From assembly GCA_000934665.2 (NCBI GenBank), contig KZ537973.1, positions 62,001 to 126,000 on the forward strand: a DNA stretch of 64,000 bases, written 5' to 3'. Within the stretch, counting starts at the first letter, position 1, and each line of letters starts with the position of its first letter. Source of the stretch: Catajapyx aquilonaris. Lineage: Eukaryota. Shown in pieces: positions 36,908 through 48,300 of this stretch. A program made the translations under genes and the position numbers. The notes beneath the pieces are model-generated. The model was not told where the DNA came from. It searched no databases and saw only the letters and a program-made list of their open reading frames with translations.

Positions 36908-38140
36908 TCAGTATCCTGTACAGATGAAACTATATTGGTCTTGGCAAGGCTTGGCAACCACATTTCGTGAATAACTATCCTCGAAGTTTCCGACGGCCAG
37001 GCAGCGGTTGACTTTGTCAGTGACAGGTGGGGCTTTGCCGCCGTACCAAAAATCCAACGTTCTTATAAGCTGTCCACTTGCATACCATCTCCACTGGTCG
37101 CCGGCATCCCTTAATCCATCGATCCAGTGGAGTACAGGAGTCGATGTGTTACCCAGGTCTGCAACAGGACGTCGAATTTTTATTAGATTATATACCCGAA
37201 CCCATGCGTCAAAACCATGGAAGAAATGCTTCTCAGATTGCTAGAAAAGCGTCACTTGCAACAGGTGCATAATATTTTCTGCTTATTTTAAAATTGCTAA
37301 ATTATCGTGACTTCTGCAGCAGAACTTTTTTCCTGGTTCAACCACCCTCTAAAAATTACTTACAGTTGTACAGATATTCAGAAATTACTGCGAGGTGTTC
37401 CTCGAACTCTATGGGCGCAGGATACCCCCTTATCTTGTTGCATATCGATCTCAGATTAAAAAATTGTTCCTTGACGTTTCCGCTGAAAAAGTAGCAGCCT
37501 GTCCTCAGTTTCACGAAGTTTTTGGGACAAGGAGATGGACTATTGACCATACAGATATCCTCTACATTAGCTCGGACATTCAACTCCGGGGTGACCTCCG
37601 GCTGTTCTTCATCCTCAGAGCAGTATCCGACTGCATCCTTTTGACACACGTAGGCGTAGTTTTGCAGGCAGAAGTCGTCGGCCCACTTGTAGTCCTTGGA
37701 CCAATCCATCGCCAGACACTCCTGGCGTTGGGAGAGGTCATCAGGCTGACCCACTGCCCAGTTGGAGTACAGGATGTCCTCGAAGGTGTCATGCCAAATC
37801 CACCTTCCTTCCCGACCCAAGTCGCTTCCTCCTAACCACGTGTTCTTCTTCAGATCTGGAGGAATGCCCATGATAAGGCTTTGTCGGTTGAAATCTGCTG
37901 ATTCTTACTGTTTGTGACATGTTCTCTGAGTGCGCTGACTTCCTCTGGGGTCTCCGGCGTGGCCAGAAACGAGTCCATCTTGACACAATCCTCCATAGCC
38001 GCGAACCAGTTGGTTCCGGTCTTGTTGAAGAAGTAGCACATCTCCGTGTAACCGGCGATGGTCTGAAAGGGCCACACACAGTCTTGACCCTTGACCCGGA
38101 GCATCACCTGCGTGATGAGATACATTGCGGCGAAACGCAT
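36908..38140 (-). CDS. Secreted dual-CRD C-type lectin (paralog B), about 324 aa, 3 exons
   Basis: Exons 38140-37909, 37855-37364, 37158-36908 (GT-AG, same positions and phases as paralog A, 975 nt). Signal peptide MRFAAMYLITQVMLRVKG; CRD1 with QPD/WAD. Exon 3 is missing from the ORF track and translates YLGNTSTPVLHWIDGLRDAGDQWRWYASGQLIRTLDFWYGGKAPPVTDKVNRCLAVGNFEDSYSRNVVAKPCQDQYSFICTGY*. Confidence 0.92.
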
Positions 38141-38293
38141 TGCCGGTATTTCCCTCCTGGATATTTCTGAGCGTGACATATATAGAAGCCTGCTGTTGGC
38201 TCGTAAAACAAAAGCTATTGTTCCGAACGCATTTGATGCCGTCAAAATACGATACACGGTACCAGCGTCACACAATCGAACAGAAGATGTGCA

Positions 38294-38300
38294 TTTATAT
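38294..38300 (-). promoter_or_regulatory. Candidate TATA box of lectin B
   Basis: TATAAAT on the minus strand (within CTATATAAATG) about 155 bp upstream of the ATG. Confidence 0.5.
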
Positions 38301-41300
38301 AGAGTGAAAAGCGAGGCGGGTGCCAGGAACGAACTTATGGACCCGTGTTTTTGAGTAGCTGAGTTGTAGGTCAGCCTGGGCCGTGCAAACATGCAAGCGA
38401 CGTTTTTTTTTTTTTTTTAATGACTGGCGTGATAAATAGGCTGGGAGTGCGGGAGGAATGTTTGTAGTAATTCCAGTTACATGGCAAATTGCATTAACGG
38501 GGGTTGGGTTGCCTTGGTAATGCGATGGTGCGAACTGCAGCATGCATGAGTGCCTCAGGAAAATTGAAGCCGAGCACTCCCAAATGAAAGAGGAGGAGGA
38601 TTGGTTGGCTCAGACTAACACCCTCCCCATATAACCCCCCATCCCTCTCTTCCAACCATCAGATTCGGGTATGCTAGACAATTTAGACCCCCCTGCACAA
38701 TTTTACGGGCCCCCATTATTATTCCAGCGGGGGTGTAATTAAAAATTAAGGGTCTCGAAGGAAGTAAGGGGGTTTTTCAGACAAGCGGAAAAAAGACTGC
38801 GACGACAAAACGCAGCGTCGCAGAGCAGAGCGGATCCACGAAGGACCATTTTTTTGGGAGGGGGAAATGACACAGATTTGCTGCCTCTTTGCATTTCGAT
38901 AGGCCGACATTATCGGCTGACAAGCGGTAGATCTTACTTACAACGTCTCAATGCACATGTCACATAAACGTCATCACCGAATTATGCAAACCTATACCCC
39001 GCGCGGAAACATCGAATGGATAGTTGCGATGGTCAAGGTCCGAGCTTCCGCAGTCGGACTCTCCGGATGGAGTTATCCGGATGTGTAATTGGGACAAAAA
39101 TGATTTACTGGGAGTTCAGAGGGGGTGCAGCTCCAGATGCGACCCATGGCGTAATTCGGGATCTCGTTCCGGAGGAGTAATGGGCCACAAGCAACCGGGG
39201 CTAAAAATTCTTGCGAAACGAGCTCCCTGGAAAAACTGGGCGCTCTCTCTCCCTCATATTTTTTCCCCTCCTTTTTTTTGGTGGGTGCCAACTGCCCATG
39301 TCCAGTGTTCCGGGGACCATGACAGGGGGGGAAACCTACCCTTCCGGAATCCTGCTGCAGTCCTCAAATTGGTATGAAATTGCCGCGACAATGGACGCCC
39401 TCATTAAGTGAAGGGCTCTCTAATTGGCATGTTGAAGCGATGTAACAATCGTGGAGTTGAAGCATTCCGGCCTATTCATTTTTGTGGCGGATGCTGCGGA
39501 TGGTAGAGGGGTTGGAAGCCACAAACGGCCAGGTTATGACAGTCTCCGGAAAAATTGAAAGGGCGGGACGATTCCGGTGGGTGAAATGACTTGGTGCTGG
39601 AGGTAAATGGTACCGCGGTTTTTCTTCTGAGGTCATTTGGGAACGTCTTTATGTTTTTTTTTTTCTTTTGGGGAGAATTTTGAGGTTTCATCCGATGCGA
39701 CGTCGAGAATCCGTCGGCTGTCGGTTGTGGCATGGCGTGAAATTGCCCTCGCTTCAATGAAGGCTCTTCTTTTCTTCCTAGCCCTGAGGTAAATTACGGG
39801 GAAAAAGTGTGAGATAAAAAGAAAGGAATTCATTCCTGGAAGGGGAGAAATTTTTAAACGGCTGCATCACCTGGCTGTGAATTACTTTTAAAACCTGGTG
39901 TCCAAAGAAGGGTGAGCTGGAATTAGCCCATTTCACCCGAGTCACGTTAAAATTTTAATAATCATGCTTTTCAACAAAATGAGGAGAAAACTCTAGCATG
40001 CTGTAAAAAAAAAAGATAATGCGTCCAGGGAAGTGTGGGAATTCACGATATCTTACCTTAATATGCGGTTGTACTTAGGTCAGCAAGGACCAATTTGCAT
40101 AATGCAGATGTAGGTTTAAACTGCCGTTAGGAATTATCAGGCTCCGTGGGTCTTACACGCTGCTGCAATTGCAACTCTGATGTTTAATTAGGCCCGGTTG
40201 TGCGGACGAGAATCACTGATTACCATACCATGTTTTGGTTACTATGTTCATGAATCTGGACATGTTTGAATGTGATGCAGAAACTGAGTTTAATTCTGAA
40301 ACAAATGGTGGCATTTCGTAAGTTTGAAAATAGGGTTATAAATTCATCATTCCGGAATCCGGTGTGTGGAAGGGTTGGAAATAACTCACATCTAATTTTA
40401 CATCGGCGCCTCTGTTGACTCGGAAAACCGTCATAATTCCTGGTCACGATTCAAAATCCTGAAATATGCTGCCACGTCGACTAATTCCCAACAGGTCCTA
40501 ATCCCACCTGCGTTCACGTGACATGTATAAAAATATCTCATTCGATCATAAGTCGCTGGTTCTTCGAAAGCTCCTCGTGTCAGACATTTTTTTCCCCCTG
40601 CTCCGAAGAGAGGCATTCCTCAGCAATCCGGTCCAGCCAACAGCCTCTCAAGTCCAGTCTGGAGCGATTTATTTAAAAGACAGTTTTTCTTCCGACTTAT
40701 TTTTTTGTAGTTAAATCTCGCTGGCAGCAGCAACATCAGACGTTGAAAAGCGAGCGTGAGCCAGGCACTAGCCAGCGTGACATTTGCTTATTAGGGCGCC
40801 GGAGCCAAAACCGACACTTGATGAATGAGAGACCGCTGACGTGCGTCAGGCCCTGGTTATGAAGCCTGTGTCACTGGAGCCTCCAGAGCCCCACCGTTCC
40901 TGCTCATTAGTTAAACGCTTGACAATCCCAGGAAAACGGGGGCTGTGTTTGCCACCGGTTACCTGGAGATTATTGCAGTTGGAAACGGGGAGAGAAATAA
41001 CTTGAGGCCTTTTCTCCACAGTCATATCTATACAGAAGAGTGGCATTGATGAACATGGTAACATCACTAGTCACGTACGATTCTTTGGCTGGTGAGCCAA
41101 TAAATAAATCCGGAGGAATCCCTGTAATTTGTAGCCTGAGACAGTCGGCATAATTAGCTTCCAACATACAAGCCACAGTTTTTTCCCGTCCCGGTCGCCA
41201 TTAATAATCCCCGGGAGAGGTGCATGATTCCAACTGACGCTATGAATCCTTAATCAAAACCCGATTTGTCAGAACGGCGTGACAAATGGATGGAAAAGTT

Positions 41301-44300
41301 TTTTTCTCCCCACTCGTCACACTAAAAAAAAAGGTGGGTACCCAATCAGTGCGGTGCACCGGAATATCCTGAGTGTGAAGCATACCCGTCCACACAGAGT
41401 GTATTTTTGGTTGTGAGAATGTTGGATATGTGCCCCCTTTTTAAAATGCAGGATTATTGATTAGGGGGAGGGACTGATTTTGTCACCTACTCTTTTTTTT
41501 TTTTTTTTGGACCCCTCTAAAAATGAGTCGGATTTGGATCTGATGCACTCGCATATTGGATACCTTATCGCAGCTGGGGGGGCCCTCACAGTATGGGAGT
41601 GTGCAGGGCCCCGGATTGTTTATGCAACCTGCGAGATAGGCCGGAATGAGCCGGGCCTCTAATTGGATGTATTTGGCCGTGGCTGAATCTCCCTCATCCA
41701 GCAGCTGTATCCGCCACCAGAAGTGGGGCAATCGCTTCTACATAATCCATATTTGTGTAAAGGAGCGAAAAAAATGGGCCATGCACTCAGACTCGATTCA
41801 ATATAAGGTCATTAGAGTTGATATCTGCATTTTTGGAAGTATCATTTTGGTAATACCTTGCAGAGAAAATAAATCGATTCGGGCGAATATATAATATATT
41901 CATCTAGTGGGATATACTGTGCAACTAATATTATTCAATTATGCCATTATTGCATCTAATTGCTCTCGAGAAGATTTTTACAGGAATTATGACGAAAGGA
42001 TACAAGTTAATCCTACATATGTGGTGTGAGTGGGTGGATTCAGCGTAGGTATAACCAATGGACAAAACCTGACATGCCATTCATACGAGTATTATCCAGA
42101 TGGTAACAATAGTGTACGTAAAATTAAGCAGATGTGGAACTAACTCTGTACCGGACACAAAAACGAAACTAGATTTTTTTCGGGGGGGGGGGGGGGGNGG
42201 GGGGAATTTGGTCATTTGAATCGGGGCACGTGTTCAGTGCTTCGTTTCCAATAGGAAACCAGTGCCCGAAATTAAATTCACATCAGCTTTATTGAGCCAC
42301 TGAGCCACATCCGATCCATGCCAGGATTGGAACCGACGAAGTTTATATATAAAAAAAGGGTGGGGGTTCGAAATGAAGACTCTTTTTTTTATATCGCAAA
42401 GTTGTGTGCCGGACCAGAGGGATTCCCCTTAATCCGGTTTTGCCAACGCATGTGTGTGTGAATGAGCCAGCCGCATTGCAGCTAACCAGTGTTAAAAGGT
42501 CACCGACCACATTTTTCTCCCCAGGGTACAGTGTGTGGGGCCGGAGGGGGAGGGGGGGTTGGATTTATTATTTGCAACCAACCCCTGCTTATTAAAAGTT
42601 GACCACCACGAATGAATGAGTGGATGAGTATCAATAAATATTTGTACAGGCAATCCGGCTCTGTGTGAGTGTGGGTTGGAGGGTGAATTGTTAATTATTC
42701 CTCTCTTCCCCCTTCCTGCCGTCCTATTTAAAGGGAGGGGGGTTTAAAAAAGAGGGCAAATATTAGCATGGAACGGCTAGTACAAAATGGGCTGGGAATT
42801 GCTTGTGATTTTATAAACCCGGGCCGTTTCTTTTGAAGTTGGTTCCGGGGATCTCCCGGATTTTTCCCATGTGTGGGTCGTTAATAAACGCGGTCGTGGC
42901 GGGGCTTAAGTTTAATTGGGACCGAATTGCGCATCGCTTTTTTTTCTCTCAAACAAAACTTTTTTGGCTTGAGCTACAAGGTAGGCAGCTTTGAACCGTG
43001 GCGCCATAAAAATGCAAAGTAACCGCCGTATTCTTCGAGTCTTATCAGCTGTAACTCTCTCAGGCCTCCCAGATAGAGCTTGTGGACAGCGAGAAAAAAA
43101 AAATTAAATGGAATGAGACACAGAGGGGGGAAAAAAAGTGAAATATATAACATACAACCGTCATGGAATGCAACTTGCGTAACGATTTATTGCACTTGAG
43201 ATAAGAGGGTTGGCTCATAACAATGCTTCCATTTCGGGTGAGAAACGTCGTGGTCAAAATTGGGCGCCTGGAGGTGATGCAACAGCAGAGGACAGAACTT
43301 GAGATATTCCATTACTTTGAAAGGAGTGCCCAAAATACAAAGGGCCCAAAATTTACCCCCCAAGTTCTGTGATGTGCATATAAAAAAAAGAGAAAGAGGA
43401 AAAGTACCATAGCTTGCACCAAGTTTTGAGAAGCGAACAATTTGGTTGACTGGATCCGTTCCGCTCGATTTTGGGTGCACTTCAGACCACCGCCTGAACT
43501 ACGTCGTGGGTGGGCCACCATCTTTGTTTTCTTTTTTTTTATTTTTATTATTTCTAGGGGGGTGAATGGGAGGCGCGTGGAAACCTTTTTTTCTCCCTTC
43601 TTCTTCTTCTTCCACCCATCCTTCCAACCAGAGGTATTAAGATATCCCTTGTGGATAACCGGTTGCGCCTTGCACGAATCGAAACCGAACGGGCCATTAT
43701 CGAGAAATTTTTTGGAGAGGAGGAGGAGGTTGCGCTTCTGGAGGTAGAAGTACGATGCGTACGGTAATTAAGGAGTTTTCCTTCATGGGAAGATATGTTT
43801 TATGGGTCTTCAGGCCGCACACTCCGAATTGTAATTATTGGAATCACTGCTTGTAGTCGGGTAGCGGATTTGAATTGCTTTACGGCCTCCCAGAATGCGT
43901 GTTTTTTTGCAGCAATTTTGAGCAATAAAAGCTGGGTGCGGGGAAACCCCCCACGAGGGATAGTTAAAACTATAAGCATGATAGATTTTATGCAAATTCG
44001 GAAATTGTAGGGCAATACCAATTTGGGCAAATACGCATATACACTATTTTGGGAGGTGCTGTAGTTCTATGATTAATGTTGACACCTGCACCAAACATCA
44101 ATCGACACAAAAATTCGCCATTAGACAATTTTTCTACTGAATCTATGGTCAGTTATCGACAGGTTTCACTGTAGATGGCACATTTAAAGTGGAAATCATG
44201 CTCACTAAGTTACTAACCGCATGCGAATCTGCATACATGTTACCGCTTGTTACCATAGTAGGTGTAATTAATTTGTGCGTCCGTGAGTGGACAATTTTAA

Positions 44301-45207
44301 TCTTGCGTGACGTGCGAATGCATTAGTGGCGTGTCCATATGTAGGGGAACTTTTTTTTTTGAGGTTGCGGGCTAGAAGGCGCTTAATGAAGCCATAAATC
44401 AACCCGAAAATTTACATAACACTACATCGTAACACGTAGCACCGACCTGTTCACAGGAACAGCAGATGTTGCGCGCTTTTCATTTCAAATTTTTTGTTGT
44501 TTTAGCGCCAACACACTATTCATTTTTTTGTTTCGAGGATGGGTTGAAATTAATACATCAAAACCCTCCTTTTCTGATTGGCACCGGCATCGATTATTCT
44601 TCATTACGAAACGGTTATCAGCTAAGCGAATTTCCGTGTAGTCTTGTTTCTGACCGTTTAGCCATGACGTTATTGGGCTTTTAGCGCCCACCAATTTCGC
44701 CTCATCTTTTTTTGACAAGCCTGGCCCAAAGTGAAGAGGCAAGTTGGGATTCTTGGCGCGGATAGGGAAAAAACGAGAGGGAGGGGGGGGGGGTTTCAAG
44801 GAAAAGCTTGCCCCCCCCCCCCTCCCTCCCGAAAAACCCTAATGCATCCCAACTTTTCTCATTACCCATCCGGAAACTTAACGACCGCATGAGCCAATTA
44901 GAAGGTAGATTAAACCTACTTATCCGTCGGATTACTCAGTGTTGAAATCCGTCTCTGCCCGTTTCCTGCTTTGGAGATATCAAAAAAGTTGGAGAGATTC
45001 GAATGGGAGGGTGATGGCTTCATTGCAGAGTCGTTACAGTGCTCCAATCTGCCTCCATCAGGCCCAAGAGAGACGTCTCTTTGGTATGGTTTATTAGGGG
45101 AGAGTAAAGGCAACTAAGGTAAATTCTCAGAGGTGTCTTAGGATTTCTCCTGATTCAGGAGAAAACCTCGGAGAATTTTTCGGGGAGAGATGCTCACTCA
45201 CTGTCAG

Positions 45208-45399
45208 AGCAGAGCCATCAGAAATCAAAGCAGAGCCATCTGTACCTATAGAGCAGAGCCATCTGAAATCAAAGCAGAGCCATCTGAATCACAGCAGAGC
45301 CATCTGAAATCAAAGCAGAGCCATCTGAAATCAAAGCAGAGCCATCTGAATCACAGCAGAGCCACATGAAATCAAATCAAAGCCATCTGAAAACAAAGC
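45208..45399. repeat. Minisatellite, about 9 copies of a 20-23 bp unit (AGCAGAGCCATCTGAAATCAA)
   Basis: Head-to-tail copies with recurring variants (...GAAATCAA and ...GAATCAC) and degenerate terminal units. Confidence 0.92.
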
Positions 45400-48300
45400 G
45401 TATGATGGCTCTGTCTGCACCCTATATCTCAGTGTTTCATCCGACACGAACTTGGACTGTGCATAAAGCAGGATGCATATATCCAGTGGGCGGATGGGGT
45501 GGCAGTCTGCCGGACAGAATATCCGATACCCCTCCCTAATAAAAGGAGTGGGTGTCGGCCATCTTGTTGCCCCCAGAGGGTCCCACAGACAGCCGACGCG
45601 ACGTCTCCATTGCGGTGCGACAAAACAGCTGCATGATCTAGGCACAGATAATCGTGTGGTTGCCTTCCACCATATACCCCACCCCCTCCAGTCCGATAAT
45701 TTGCTGAAGTGCCCCCCCCTCCCCCCCATCCCATCCATCCCATCCCATCCTCCCGATGCGATGGGTGGGGTGGAGGGTGGGACATAACTCAAACCGTGTT
45801 TCTGGGAACGTATTGTTGGCGGGTGCAGCGCGAAACCGCGCCTGCCAGACCGGAATTTTCAAAGGCTCAAGCTCGCTAATAATAATGGGGGGATCGATTT
45901 TTGCTCTATCTTTGGAGAGCAGGCCGAATCGGGAGATGGGTGGTGGGTGGGTGTCCAGAATAAATACCGTGGCGGGATAACCGATGCACTTGGAGAGGGG
46001 GGGAGGAAGACCTATCCCCCAGGTCCCCCAGATTAATGGATTATTGTGTCCCCTCCCCTTCATGTGCTTTTAATCCACTCACGTTTGCCGTTTTGTAGGG
46101 TGGGGTCGTCGATATATTTGGTGGATCTTGGCATCCGGACGCGCATAATTGCAGTTGCGTGTCGTTGCGCGGTTTGTTCGAAAAGCCTGCAGAGCACATG
46201 TATCTTATCGCATAATGGTTCTGCCCCCGAGATAACACTAACATTGGGTGTCGGATGTTTACAAGATTGCAGTTATTCAGTGGCTGCACGAGATATCAGC
46301 CAGTTGGATAGGCCCATATCACGCTTACGACTATTAGTTGATAATTCTTGAGACAGTCTGTACTTATTTGCCGTGCTATGATTTTCATTCACCAGCGCTA
46401 CATCGCCAAATGCCTGGTGTAAACTGGTATGATTGCTGCATAACGCATGAGGCGCAGACTATCATTTTGCGTATATAGACTCTGGGAGCAATAATTTTCA
46501 CATCCCGGCGAGGTGAACCGCTGGGCAATTATTTATGTATCAATAGGGGCTATTGTGATGCATAATTTACGAATGGGACCAACCAGCAGGGAGCGTTTTT
46601 ATAGCGATAGAGAGAGAGAGTGAGGGCTGGTGAAAGATTCATGGTCGGCGGGCGGGCATATAAAGTTCGAAAATCCCAGGACGCCTTCACGTCAACCTGC
46701 CAAAGTGATATTTTATTGCCAAAAAACCGACCTGCTCTGATCGACAGGGCCCGTATTTTTCGGCACTACTTAGCCAAAAAGGTTCGAGTTTTTTTTTGGG
46801 GGAGGGGTGAGGTTTTGCCATCATTTGCTGGCGAAAAATGTTTGCTGCTAGCATTATGGGGATGAAACTCTGGATGGGGGGGGGGGGGGGGNGGGGAAGT
46901 TTTTCCTCCCCATCTTGTTGTAGTCAAGTGGGATTCCTCTGGCTGCTAAGCATTTCATCCCCCGCCGTTTACAACCAAATCCCATTTGGGACGCGCCAAA
47001 GCGTGGAGTTTTACAACCAAAGCCCATTCACAGGACAATGCAATTGCATGTCCGGCCTCCCTCTGTGGCCTACCGAAGATTGGAAGTGAAGAGTCAGCAG
47101 GGCTCCTATAACTTACAAGGTGTTCATAAAGTTGGGCCAGCCTCCTTTTCGGTCATGAATTTTTATCGGGTCTTGAGATCTCTAAAGGCTTTGTGACCTC
47201 GTGTTAAAGAAGCACCCACCTCTCTTGATGTTGCCCTGCGGATTGCCAAATGTCTGTGCAAAGCCATTTGGTCCGGTAGTTTAGTTACAATTAACCTGGC
47301 TGAAGTTGGCAGGCATAGCGAGTGGACGCATACAACTCGAATTGTCAGGAAAGTTGGCAACGATTTCTATAGCCGTTTAGCATTTCAGCCTGGAAAACGA
47401 AGGACCTTCGGAAGTTGAGTTGGTCAATTCTGTTCCTCCCTCTTCCGTCTCCCCCCCATCCGCAGTCTGTGAGTGATAATGCGGCCTATTTGAAGATATC
47501 AGGTAATTCGACTGAGTGGGTCTGCGGAACTAATCTCTTTGGTTCTGGGGACAAACCAATCGCTTCAGAGGAATTCTCCAGAGCGTGCTTACAAAAGAGA
47601 GCCAGCAAGGGGAGAGTGGTATATAGGGAGGGGGGTAATTACGTGACGATCGTGTTATCCTCGGATACGCGGACAACTTTGTCAACTTGGCAACCGGGAT
47701 TAATATAAGGGGGTACTATCTTCTTGGAGAATGTCGCCTTCCTCAAAGTTTCTCCTTTGATCGCTGTGTGTCAACAACGTTTGAGGCAGGGTAAGACGGG
47801 CCCCATCTTTGCTTCCTGCAACCAAAATAATAATAAACGCGGATGGGAGAAAAAGATGAGGACAAGTCCTTTTGACTGCCATCAGTGGCCGTTGACGTGT
47901 GAACCACTCCTGCTTATCTCCTTACGCCATGTTGTGTCACTTGCAATTCCGAGGGGCTTGTGTTCCTTTTCCGCCGACGCTTGTCGGCTCGTTTATCTCC
48001 GCCTCACCAAGGGGTAATTAATCCTTGTAAGGTTTCCCTACGGCTGCAGTTGCATTTAACACCCCCCCCCCCCACCCACCCACCCTGCACATACACCAAT
48101 TATTACATTTCCACTGCAGCTGGAGGCTGGATAGCAGCAGAGTGTGTGTTTTTTTGTACTCACCGTTATGTGATGAGCAAAATCAACGTGGGATAGGCCT
48201 ACTATTTTTGGGCACAGACATACGGTATGCAAAAATTTGCAGTTTAAACTGGAGATTTTCATAAAGTTATATTGACTGAAAGAGGTGTGAAATCAGTCAA

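Noticed and set aside
45208..45399. CRISPR-like appearance of regularly spaced repeats
   Set aside because: No unique spacers, no cas genes, eukaryotic context; it is a tandem minisatellite.
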